Source: a virus
Lineage: Duplodnaviria; Caudoviricetes
Virus record (IMG/VR): IMGVR_UViG_3300028833_005988
Span: 1 to 64,000 of that record
Strand: one strand, 5' to 3'
Length of the DNA: 64,000 nucleotides
This document shows, one piece after another, positions 32,883 through 42,812 of this stretch. A program made the position numbers and the translations under genes. The notes below the pieces were generated by a model, which had not been told where the DNA came from, made no database searches, and saw only the letters and a program-made list of their open reading frames with translations. How positions within the stretch are numbered: the stretch's first letter is position 1; every line of letters starts with the position of its first letter.

Positions 32883-33659
32883 TTATTTTTTTATCATCCT
32901 AACTGATTCTGCAATTCGTATAGCTTCGCCTGTTTCAATTCCATAAGTTACAAGGTCAAACCAGTTGTTATCTAATGCCCAGACGATTGTCACGTTATGG
33001 ATGTTGTTATGATATCCATCAATAATAGTAGCTTCTGCACCACGAATAACTGTCGTACTGATGACAGCGTTTTCTGTTCCTCGCATTTCAGTTGTTTCTT
33101 CATCCAGTTCAGAGAACAGAATTGTTTTATTATCATCTGCCGCCAGTTCGATACTATGAAATAAGTCAACATAATCTATAACTTCAAAGTCACTTGGAAT
33201 ATATGATGGGTAATACATTCCGGTCCATACTTCTGGAACAGAAAATGAAGATTCAGCATCTTCCTCAAATGAGAAATGGGCTTCTTGATTTTCATTGTCT
33301 ATCTCCGCCAGTAATTGCATCACTCTTGAACGAAAATAGGCAGAATTTGCTAATGCAATCGGCGTAGCGATTCCTGCAATCAATATGATGCTGGCCGCAA
33401 CTTGAACGAATTTGGGCACTACCTTTTTCGCAGCAGAAGAAAACTGGATGATCTTCTTTCTACGTTCTTTCTTCTCTGACTTATCAATAGCCACCTGGAA
33501 TATCCGCTTGGCTTCTTCCTCTTCCTCGGGTGACAGTGTTGGATCTGGTGTATCAAGGATCTTCTGAATTTCCTCTTCTTCTTCCTTCATAAATGCTAAT
33601 TGGATCATCATATCCAGGTGCCGATCCTGCAATGTTCTCCTATCTGATTGCTGGCTCAT
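32883..33659 (-). CDS. Anti-sigma-like membrane protein (DUF4367-like C-terminus)
   Basis: Single TM; YPSYIPSDFE...W motif; coupled to the upstream sigma gene. Confidence 0.65.
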   Translation of the reverse strand: MSQQSDRRTLQDRHLDMMIQLAFMKEEEEEIQKILDTPDPTLSPEEEEEAKRIFQVAIDKSEKKERRKKIIQFSSAAKKVVPKFVQVAASIILIAGIATPIALANSAYFRSRVMQLLAEIDNENQEAHFSFEEDAESSFSVPEVWTGMYYPSYIPSDFEVIDYVDLFHSIELAADDNKTILFSELDEETTEMRGTENAVISTTVIRGAEATIIDGYHNNIHNVTIVWALDNNWFDLVTYGIETGEAIRIAESVRMIKK

Positions 33660-33661
33660 TG

Positions 33662-34219
33662 CTATGCTCCTTCGTAGATGGTCACTTTAAGATGCTTTCT
33701 TGCACGTTCAATATACTTGCGAACGCTGCTTTCAGCCAAGCCGACAATTTCGGCGATTTCTTTATCGGACTGCCCCTCAAAGTATTTGAGATGTAATATC
33801 TCTCTTTCTTTTTCGGGCAAGTGATGAATTGCCTGTCTTACGGTGTCTATTTCAGCATCGAATGCGATTTTTCCCTCCGTTGTTTCTTTTTCAGGCATTT
33901 GTTCCATCACCTCGTTATCAATATGCTGGAACCTTGCATTTTCCCGTTGCTTTTTTCTCCAATGGTTAATTGCGGTGTTCCTAACAATATTGACGATATA
34001 CGAGCGCATTTCGTGGTCTTCCATGGTGCGTAATTTTTGTAAATTATCAATCATGGAAACGCAGCTATCTGAAACAATATCTTCTACTTCTGCTTTTACT
34101 CTGGTGAATGACCAGGCCACCTTTAGCATTAAAGTGTGGTATTTGATATATATGTCAGTCATGTATGACCGATCTTCTTCAGAGTTAATAGCCATAATAA
34201 CTGCCGGAATTACTATCAT
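33662..34219 (-). CDS. ECF sigma factor
   Basis: EVEDIVSDS, YIVNIVRNTAINHWR, EIAEIVGLAESSVRKYI; ends in TAG. Confidence 0.85.
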   Translation of the reverse strand: MIVIPAVIMAINSEEDRSYMTDIYIKYHTLMLKVAWSFTRVKAEVEDIVSDSCVSMIDNLQKLRTMEDHEMRSYIVNIVRNTAINHWRKKQRENARFQHIDNEVMEQMPEKETTEGKIAFDAEIDTVRQAIHHLPEKEREILHLKYFEGQSDKEIAEIVGLAESSVRKYIERARKHLKVTIYEGA

Positions 34220-34395
34220 TCTTTTTAGCCCTCCAAATGTGTTCTCAATGTTAATACCTGCATGCACGATTGGGGGTTGAAACTCTGTTTAGAGCCACAT
34301 CCATTATAAACTATAGACAGGTATTATCAAGTGAATAATAATCTTTCAAATTGTAGTTAACGAGTATACTATCAAGAATTATAATAAGTTGGCTA

Positions 34396-34653
34396 TTAAA
34401 TAGATTGATACGGAAGAGGAGGAAAAAGATCTGAGATATTCACTTGTAATGCTTGAGCAATGATAAACAAATCTGAATCTGAAACAGCAATTTGTCTGCC
34501 TTCAATTCTTGACAATTTGGATTGAGAGATATCTGCATTTAACAGTTGAATTTTGATAATAAGTTCACCTTGTCCAATGCCTTTTGCCTTTCTAATTTGA
34601 CTGATGCGATCGCCAACAATGTTGCAATCGCCACATTTTGATCTGCGACGCAT
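34396..34653 (-). CDS. XRE-family HTH regulator
   Basis: GDRISQIRKAKGIGQGEL...SQSKLSRIEG. Confidence 0.8.
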   Translation of the reverse strand: MRRRSKCGDCNIVGDRISQIRKAKGIGQGELIIKIQLLNADISQSKLSRIEGRQIAVSDSDLFIIAQALQVNISDLFPPLPYQSI

Positions 34654-36330
34654 CGTTTTCTCCCTTCTCGAAACTTCAATGTAATTATAAATTGTAAAAA
34701 CGTGTCCTTTTTGCACCTGGTGCATATACAGAAACTATTTTGCACCGCATGCATTTAGCCGCAGAGAAAAAGGCCTTATTTTACCATAAGACATATAAGT
34801 AATAGTACAATTTGAAACTCCTTATCATTCATGTTCGTCAAACATAAGTAGAGACAACAAAAAACATGAATCGAAAAAGCGGAAAATATAACGAGAAAAA
34901 TGGAACTCTCGAAGACGAATTATCTGCTTTCAGCACAAGTATTTTTGATCTCACAATGATTTCTCGATATGGTCTCGTATTATTTGCAATAATCAATTTC
35001 TTTTATTTTTTGACCCGTATTGAATTCTGAACATATCTGAACAAGTTTAATATGTAAATTACCTTCAGAAACTGAAGCGTACAGAACAATTCAGTGTTAG
35101 ATATGGTGGGATGGCTCTTCCGCAAGGAAACGCAAAGAGCTATATATAATAGTAGAAACTGAAATTCAGGATGTCATATGACAGGGACAGGGGTTTTTCT
35201 GGCCGCGGTTCGTTTTCGGACGTAAACGGGACATAATATAGCATTATGACGCCATTTTTCCGGGGCTTTTCCCCGGTTCATCCTGGACCCGGACGGGGCT
35301 TTTTTGTGCGCTTTTCCTGGGCCTCTATTCGCTGCACGGCGGGACGATTTCCGCCTGCTTGTGTTGTCCTGGTATCCATCCCCGCCATTTTTGCCCCGCT
35401 TTCCTGGCCCCGGACGGGGTGAAAATTTGCCCCATTCCTGCCCCGTCTGGCGGGGAGAATAGGGCCATTTTTTCGCTTTTGCGCATAGATTGAAAGAATT
35501 TTGCGTCAAAAAATCCTGTCAACTCGGAAAAAAGGCTAAAGTTTTTTAAAAATCTTTGTGCATATTTCACATTTTGAAAAATGGCCGAAAATTATTTTGT
35601 TTCTAAAGACCGCGAAAAAACGCGAATCACCCCGGCGGCAAAATGGACGGGGCGGCGAAAAAAACGGGGCTTATACTGGCGGTGCTGAAAGGTGGCGGGC
35701 GAAAATCCCCCGCTGGACGGTGACAAGCTCGAAAGGGGTGATGCCTGGGAAAGCGGTCACGGCTGATTGTGACACCTGCAAACATGGTCAACTGTTTGGG
35801 CAACATGGGCCAATCATGGCGCGTCAAGTGGGAGGCTTGACGGGTGACGCCTTATAGTCTGCACTGTGATTCCCATAGGCGGCGAATAAGCGGGAAAGCG
35901 CGAAAAAAGGCCAGTTTTGTGGGCACAGGGAAAAAAGCGAATAGCACAAGGCGGGCAAGCGGCACGGCGTGCAGGAATCTTTTCAGGTTCGACATAGGTT
36001 GCATGGCGGCTGTATTCTTGGCTTGCGGCAGGGCCCAGGGCTACCCATCTGTTTGGATGGGCTGGAGAATGCCGCGGAAAAGCTGGGCTTATAGCTTGGT
36101 GGGAATTATGTCAATGCGAGTGCCTTTATGTCCTGCGATTGGTGACGGAATCAGCCTATCTCTGTTTGGATTTAGGAATCAGTCTCCGCTTGTCTGTTTT
36201 GTGTGTAGACTTGCCCGCGTCGTACAAAGGGCGCGGGCTGTCTGTCCCCACGGTAAAAGTCCGTGGGCTGACGATGGCATGACGCCGAAACAGACAACAC
36301 ACAGGAACAAAAAAAGAAAGGGGTATCACT

Positions 36331-36909
36331 ATGTCCAAGAAGAACACCGGCAACACCACCACCATGGAGAACACCGCTGTCACCACCAACACCACCACCA
36401 GCAACAAAAAGGAGGATACCACTATGAAGAACACTACCACCACCAGCACCGCGAACAACAATACCAGCACCATGTCCGCCCAGGAGTTCAAGCAGAAGTC
36501 CTATGATGCCTACCTGGCCTATGTCGCTTTCATTGAAGGCCAGAAGTCTATCTCCGAAACCATGGAAGCCCTGTCCCCGCTCATGTCCGCCTATGGCTTC
36601 ACCCTGACCGTGGACAACCTGGCCAACCTGCTGACCGTCAAGATGACCGCCTTCGGTAAGGACAAGGGCGAGCAGGCCAAGAAGGTGAAGTCCATCTCTA
36701 CCTTCCGGGCTTTCGTGAAGGGCGGCTGGCAGGATGTGGCTGCGGCTCCCGTACACTCCAACGCCGGCAAGAACCCCGCCGATGTGAAGCAGACCACCAA
36801 GGCCAAGGGCCCCACCAAGGCTGAACTGGAAGAAAAGAACGCCGCCCTGCTGGCTGAACTGGAAGCCCTCCGCGCCGCCGCTGCCGCTAAAGAAGCGAAG
36901 GCCGCCTGA
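36331..36909 (+). CDS. First gene of the plus-strand block; T/N-rich N-terminus, A/K/E-rich C-terminus
   Basis: RBS plus ATG; strongly biased codons (ACC, AAG, GCC); second in-frame RBS/ATG at 36411-36426. Confidence 0.8.
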   Translation: MSKKNTGNTTTMENTAVTTNTTTSNKKEDTTMKNTTTTSTANNNTSTMSAQEFKQKSYDAYLAYVAFIEGQKSISETMEALSPLMSAYGFTLTVDNLANLLTVKMTAFGKDKGEQAKKVKSISTFRAFVKGGWQDVAAAPVHSNAGKNPADVKQTTKAKGPTKAELEEKNAALLAELEALRAAAAAKEAKAA

Positions 36910-36928
36910 TTCCCTGCCCCTCTGTCCT

Positions 36929-36964
36929 GCGGCGGTTCTGCTATACTGTGGAACCGCCGCTTTT
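36929..36964 (+). terminator. Intrinsic terminator
   Basis: GCGGCGGTTC / GAACCGCCGC followed by TTTT. Confidence 0.75.
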
Positions 36965-37356
36965 CAAACCGCCTGACGAGTCTTTGCAAATTAAGACGAA
37001 ACACCTGCGTCCGCAGGTGTCGCGGTATCCCCATCGAAAAAGGAAAGGAGGTATCATCATGAAGCGGGCTATCGCGATCCTTCTGGCCGTATGTATTGCG
37101 GCCTTCTGCGGCTTTGCCTTCACGATTCATTGGGCAATGTCGAACGTGGAGATATGCTGGAATCCATACGGGATATCCCTATATCTCTGCGGGCACGAGT
37201 GGGTACATTTAATTGATAGCGGAATTTCCGAAGTGGTTCAGGAATGAATCTATGGCGGAAAATTGCGCTGTCTTTTTTATTTACCCAAATGTTTAGTAAT
37301 ACTAAGTATATTATTTAGTATTGCGGAAAATCTGCAAATTGGGAAGGAGAACACAC

Positions 37357-37560
37357 ATGGCACAGCGTATGCTCATCACGGTTCGCAACCGGGCAATTCA
37401 GGCCTATCTCAACGGAAAAAGGGAAATCCGTATTTTCGGCATCACCATCCAGATTCAGCACGCTCATACCAACCAGTACCAGGTTATTCTGCCTGACGGT
37501 TCGGAAATCTTCCGTATCGTGGATCAGGGCAACCGGAAGCTGCAAGTCTACACAGTGTAA
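37357..37560 (+). CDS. Hypothetical protein
   Basis: AGGAG RBS plus ATG; co-oriented. Confidence 0.6.
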   Translation: MAQRMLITVRNRAIQAYLNGKREIRIFGITIQIQHAHTNQYQVILPDGSEIFRIVDQGNRKLQVYTV

Positions 37561-37647
37561 GACAATTTTTTCCGCCATGCAAAAAACGGCGAAAACTGCA
37601 TCTCTTGTATCTTGTATATAGAGGGTTTTTGAAGGGAGGGAACGCGG

Positions 37648-38307
37648 ATGGGTTGCAAAGGCGGAAACCGGAAATATGACGATCTCCGGGACGGCATCCG
37701 CAAGCACATCCTGGTGAAGGTGGAAACAGACGGGAATTACCTGTCCTTCGCCACCTTTTCCCCGGAATGGGGAAGCCATGGACGCTTCCTGATTCAAGTG
37801 GACAAGGTTCGGGAACTGGTGGAGGAGAAGGTGTACAACCTTTGTGATATGGATTGCGGAAATCATATCTACATTTGGAATCACAAGGGCATTCTGTACT
37901 TCACCTTTGACTGGCTGTCTGAGTACGGAAATGGGACGCTCAAGGGCATTCGGCAGCACCTGGAACTGTCCGCGGAAAAGCTCATTTCCGTTCTGGTTAC
38001 GGGGAAACCGCTTCATACCGTCTACCGGCCAGACAGCAGCCAAGCGCGTATTCTTTCCGAACGCGTGGTCAAAGTCATTCGGGAAATTTTGAAGGACAAA
38101 TGGAAAAAGCGGGCTTTCTGCAAAGCCATGCGGGACTGCTTTCAATGGCGGGGCGATACGGTGTCCTTGTACCCGGACAGCAGATATTCCTTCTATTTCT
38201 GCACATCCAGCGGCTTTCCCGGCAATGGCGGACTGATCCTGCATGAGGGAAGCGCCCGTGTGGGAAACCGGGAATATTCCAAGCTGTACTACAGCGTTCA
38301 TACCTGA
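37648..38307 (+). CDS. Hypothetical protein
   Basis: GGAGG RBS; 219 aa. Confidence 0.75.
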   Translation: MGCKGGNRKYDDLRDGIRKHILVKVETDGNYLSFATFSPEWGSHGRFLIQVDKVRELVEEKVYNLCDMDCGNHIYIWNHKGILYFTFDWLSEYGNGTLKGIRQHLELSAEKLISVLVTGKPLHTVYRPDSSQARILSERVVKVIREILKDKWKKRAFCKAMRDCFQWRGDTVSLYPDSRYSFYFCTSSGFPGNGGLILHEGSARVGNREYSKLYYSVHT

Positions 38308-38490
38308 AAGGGGGATCGGCATGGAAATCTCGTTTTACTGGGATGACCTGACGCCTGAAAAGCAGGCGGAAATCCTGAAAAAGCTGGGCGATAACCAGAA
38401 CTGGGATGTAATCCCGTTTTGCACGCTGGAAATCGAGAATGACGATGAGGACGACTGACCGTCCGTGAAACACAATTCAGCATTCTGGAG

Positions 38491-38826
38491 GTGCGGAATC
38501 ATGATGTTCAGGAAAAACAAAATGCGGTCAAGCTCGAAATTGGCTTGCCCGACGGCTCACGCATCGTTGCTATGCTGAGCGGTTATGTGGAGCCTGGTGG
38601 GGAAGATTGCGGCTGGGCCGGTGTCAATGTGGACATGGTATCCACGGATGGCGCTCACTACATGCTGTGCAGTGCTGAATATGTGGAGGATGTTCGCAAG
38701 GTTCGAGTGTTCGGCAGCAGCGGCAGGATCAATGAACTGGAAGTAGGCAACTGTGCGGATCAGGCCATGCGGAAAAACAGGAAAACGACTTACAGAGCTG
38801 CCGGAATCCGCCTGGGCGTTGCATAG
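38491..38826 (+). CDS. Hypothetical protein
   Basis: Co-oriented ORF; start uncertain; ends in TAG. Confidence 0.55.
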   Translation: MRNHDVQEKQNAVKLEIGLPDGSRIVAMLSGYVEPGGEDCGWAGVNVDMVSTDGAHYMLCSAEYVEDVRKVRVFGSSGRINELEVGNCADQAMRKNRKTTYRAAGIRLGVA

Positions 38827-38883
38827 GCGGATTCCTGCTAAAGAAGTCAGCATAACCTCGACAAGATTGGAAGAGGTACATCC

Positions 38884-39678
38884 ATGAGCAAGCGTATCGA
38901 ACAGCACATCCCCATCACCGGCAGAGATAAAGGCATGGCCAAAAATCCTTCGGGCTGTGTGAGCAATCCCACTCACATCACGCTGTCCCTGTACTATTCC
39001 CTGGGCGGAATCAACTACTTCACCGGAAAAACGGAACTCCGCGGATACTATATTTCCGCAAATGTGGAGCAGCGCGGCGCGCTGGATATTGGCAGCAGCG
39101 TCTGCTGTCTACTGGGTTCCGGCGTGAAGCAGTGCGTACTGGAAGTGAACCGACAGTCCGACAAGCAGCAGGAGATCGCAGCGACCCTAGCGGCTAATAT
39201 GGGCAGCGCCATACTGGCCTGGTGCCGTAACGAATATGGCGTGCTGTATGACGAACCTGCGGAATACTTCCCCGGTGTGAAGAAGCGCCCCGTACCGGCG
39301 CAGCTTCCCAAGGTGAAAAAGCTGGAAGAACTGGAAAAGCCCATCTCGCCCATGCGAGGTATGAAACTGCTCACAGCGGAAATCATCAAAAAGCTGAAAA
39401 AGCACCCTTTCGGTTCCCAGGAAGGAAAACTGGATGATGCGGAAGTACTGGTCAAGTTCTTCGGCGGCGGCGCCTGCACCTGGTTGGTGACGGAAGGCGA
39501 AAAGCAAGAGGACGGCGATTGGGAGTTCTTCGGCAAGGTGACCCTGGGCGATGAATGGGAGTGGGGCTATTTCCGGCTTTCGGAGCTGGCGGAAATGAAG
39601 TTTCCGCCCTTTAACCTGGGTGTGGAGCGGGATATGTATCCCGGCAGCAAAAAGACGGTCAGGGATTTGGCCGCATAA
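38884..39678 (+). CDS. Two-domain protein with a DUF2958-like C-terminus
   Basis: VLVKFFGGGACTWLVTEGE...FFGKVTLGDEWEWGYFRLSEL...VERDMY. Confidence 0.7.
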   Translation: MSKRIEQHIPITGRDKGMAKNPSGCVSNPTHITLSLYYSLGGINYFTGKTELRGYYISANVEQRGALDIGSSVCCLLGSGVKQCVLEVNRQSDKQQEIAATLAANMGSAILAWCRNEYGVLYDEPAEYFPGVKKRPVPAQLPKVKKLEELEKPISPMRGMKLLTAEIIKKLKKHPFGSQEGKLDDAEVLVKFFGGGACTWLVTEGEKQEDGDWEFFGKVTLGDEWEWGYFRLSELAEMKFPPFNLGVERDMYPGSKKTVRDLAA

Positions 39679-39696
39679 CAAAGGAGGGCGTGAACC

Positions 39697-40935
39697 GTGG
39701 ATTTTTTTGACGATAAGCTGAACCTGTTCTTCGACAAGGAAATGCTTCAGCGGACGGTCAACGCCTGCGTGGATAAGGGCATCGACCTGGCGGAAATCCG
39801 CTGGTTCACGCAGCCGGAACACCGCATCACTCTGGCCAAGCAAATGCTTGCGGGACAATACCATATCGCCCCGCCGCACATCATTCAGATTCCCAAGCGG
39901 GATTCCACGGAAATGCGGAAAGTGTACTGCAACGAAGCCATGGATCGCTTCATCTGCGCACAGATTGGCAAGGTATATGAGCGGATGTACCATGACCGGA
40001 TTCATCCCTGCTGTGTTTCCTATCAGCACGGTATCGGCGTGGGAAAGATAGTGCGGGAAATATCCGCCTTTCTCGCTTCCCATCCCGGCATGAAAGGCCG
40101 GAAGTACGATATTCACCACTATTTCGATGAAATCAGCGAGGAAACACGGGATCAGGGATTGCGGGAACTGGACTCCGGTTCCTGCATTGACCGGGTCGTG
40201 TGGGAATACCTGCATGACGATCAGGTGATTGATGAGAATGGCGAATTGCAGCATGTTTATAAAGGCATCGCCCAGGGCTTTGCTGTCAGTCCCTTCCTAG
40301 CGAATTACCTGCTCCGTGATGTGGATGAAGCCATCAGCAAGCTGGACGTTCTCTATTACCGGTATTCCGATGACATTCTGATCCTGGGCAGCGACGTGGA
40401 GAAAGCTGAAGCCATCCTCTTCTCAAAGCTGGCGGAGAAAGGGCTGACCATCAACCCCAAAAAGGTGACGGACATTGACGCGGATACCGCGTTCACCTTT
40501 CTGGGCTTCAAAATCCGTGGCGCGGAGATCACCTTTTCCAAAGATACGATCGACCGGCTGAAAAAGAGCATCCGCAGCCTGACCAAAACCAGGAAAGGCC
40601 AGCCCTTGAAAAGTGAAGCCGTTCTGCGGAAAGCGATCCGACAGATCAACCATGATCTGTATATGGCCTATTTGCTCAACGACCGGGAATTTGGCTGGGC
40701 GGAGTATATGTTCGGTACGGTCAATGTTCTGGAGAATGTGCGTATGCTGGATTTCTACATCAAAGATCATCTGCGGCACCTGTACACCGGAAAGTGGAAT
40801 TCCTATGGGAACTACCAGAAGGTGCCCAATGATATGCTGCGGCGGTGCGGATATATCAGCATGGTGCATCTGTACAAGCTCTACAAAATCTCCAAATCCC
40901 TATACAGAAATGAGGTGAGGATGCAGTGCGCATGA
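39697..40935 (+). CDS. Stand-alone reverse transcriptase (412 aa)
   Basis: IPK, DR, YDIHHYFD, GIAQG..VSPFLANYL, YYRYSDDIL, GLTINPKK, FTFLGF motifs and a thumb region; GGAGGG RBS plus GTG. Confidence 0.92.
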   Translation: MDFFDDKLNLFFDKEMLQRTVNACVDKGIDLAEIRWFTQPEHRITLAKQMLAGQYHIAPPHIIQIPKRDSTEMRKVYCNEAMDRFICAQIGKVYERMYHDRIHPCCVSYQHGIGVGKIVREISAFLASHPGMKGRKYDIHHYFDEISEETRDQGLRELDSGSCIDRVVWEYLHDDQVIDENGELQHVYKGIAQGFAVSPFLANYLLRDVDEAISKLDVLYYRYSDDILILGSDVEKAEAILFSKLAEKGLTINPKKVTDIDADTAFTFLGFKIRGAEITFSKDTIDRLKKSIRSLTKTRKGQPLKSEAVLRKAIRQINHDLYMAYLLNDREFGWAEYMFGTVNVLENVRMLDFYIKDHLRHLYTGKWNSYGNYQKVPNDMLRRCGYISMVHLYKLYKISKSLYRNEVRMQCA

Positions 40936-42785
40936 AGTGACGTGCAAAATCAGTCTGGCCGATCAGGACGGCAGGGTTAAACCTCAAATCCGTCTTCTTC
41001 ATCACGCAGGCCAATTCCGCGAAGCGCTGCATGGCCAACGTGCCCAGAAGACCGATCATCGTAAAGCCGTACAGTCAAGACCCATCCCTGAATCCTGATC
41101 ACTCCCTTTTATGGCGCTGCCAGCGCTTTGAGCAGCAGACAGGCACAATCACCGCGAGATACCGCCTCCTGAGGCCCATCTCATCTCGAAGCGGATGAGA
41201 TGCCCCTCCTGAGGAGGTATCCCTTGATCCTAAAGTCATGAAGTAATGGCCCGGCTTGGAAGCTGCTCTAATAAATGAAGAAGGTAACGCCAGTTATCCC
41301 GGCGCAGGGAAACAGCGGTACGTCCGTACACCAATCATGCACGAGCTCCGGATCCTTGTCGTTCGACACGTCGTCAACGCGACGTTTCCTCCGGTCTCTC
41401 TTTCAGGATCCGGAGCTCATTCTTCTATCGTAAAGCTTCTGAAGCATTGCGCAAAAGGAACCGCTGCTGTTTTATGCATCCGGTACAGGAATGCCGCATC
41501 ATGTCCGTATCCTTCACACAGCCGGCTTTCGATCCGCTGAGGCAGTGGATCGCGCAGACCGGCTTTACATCGTAAACCCATGAAGAAATGTACAAAGCGG
41601 AAACGGTGCGGAAATCGCCCGGCGCAGGGCGGCAATGCAATATCCGCAAACATCAGCTTCTGAAATTCCGATCGACATCGCCAGCTCTGGTGCCCAGAAC
41701 CTGATCGGAAGCCTCCCTTTGGTTCTGGGCACATTCGCGGCGATGTCATCCGAATTCAGAACATCGTAAACACTTTCAGTTATGCGCAAGGCGGATGCGT
41801 ATTGCCAGAATCACTCCAGCGCAGGAGCAGCAATGGAGCCGCTGATTTTCAATGAGCTCTTCTGCAGTACGTCGTCTTCTTCAGGGTTTCGAGCTGCCGC
41901 TCGGAGACCTCTCTTACAGCTCGAACCCCATGAAGCAACGACGTACTGCAGAAGAGTAATATCGTAAACCCTTGCAGTCATGCGCCAAACAGCGGAAAAA
42001 TTGCTTCATTATATAGCGCAGGCGCGTGCGTATGCGACGCTATGCCCTTTTTTCAGCATGTCAGTGCGAGTCATTCGCTTCTGCTCAGTGCGCTCTGCGG
42101 AGGCCGCGTCACACACTGAGCTTTGCTCCGATTCACACTGCCCGCATCGTAAAACTGTGAAGAAAACGCGAACAGAGGGCCCGGCGTTGCTGTTCTTTTT
42201 TTCTCCGGCACAGGAGAATGCCGCCATGTCCGCGCCATCAGGCATCCTGCCTTCTGAAGCGCGCGTCACATGAGGAGGTGCCCAGGCCATCGCGAAGGAA
42301 ACCTTCTTATAGTCTGGAGCACCTCCCAGTATCGCGCGCTCAGAAGGCAGGCTACATCGTAAACCTCTGAAGAAACGTGCAAGGCGGAAACGGCGGCAGC
42401 ATCCCATCCGTACAGATGGCTTTTCCCCAGTTTCGAGCTTTATGCGGCATTCGGAGGCGCAAGCGCCTCCTGCTGACCGACGCCTGTATGCCGGCATCGA
42501 GCGACTGGGATGACGGGCATCCCAGTCACCATTTTCCGTCATACAGGCTCCATCAAGCTCGCAACATCGTAAAGAGATGCAGTTCTGTACCGTGCAGGCA
42601 GGTGGATATATCAGATACACGTTTGCACAGACGATTTTGACAGCCGATCCCATTTCTTCAGTTCGGCAGCCGCTCCGGCCGTCGGCAGGCGCCTTTCCAT
42701 TCCGGACACCTTCATTCCAGGCGCCTCGCCGTCGGCCGGATTGGCTGCCTACATCGTAAAGCGGTTGCAGTTATGTGCCAATCGG
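40931..42785 (+). repeat. RT-adjacent array of about 35-nt degenerate repeats separated by unique hairpin-forming spacers (putative ncRNA array)
   Basis: ATCGTAAA at 41058, 41227 (ATCCTAAA), 41427, 41569, 41763, 41961, 42146, 42356, 42566, 42753; spacing 142-210 nt; an inverted repeat precedes each motif. Confidence 0.88.
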
Positions 42786-42812
42786 GATGGCTGTTTCAAA
42801 GGAGGTATCGCC

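Noticed and set aside
39697-40935. RT as a DGR, classical retron or group II intron-encoded protein
   Set aside because: No TR/VR pair seen; no NAxxH or VTG retron motifs; no intron 5' end upstream or domain V/VI downstream, unlike the clear ones at 23.5-24.8 kb.
41256-42759. Short ORFs predicted within the array on both strands
   Set aside because: No RBS, R/S/A/C-rich composition, mutually overlapping; better explained as structured non-coding DNA.
40931-42785. Calling the array a CRISPR
   Set aside because: Repeats are degenerate, spacers are 110-175 nt and self-complementary, and there are no cas genes.
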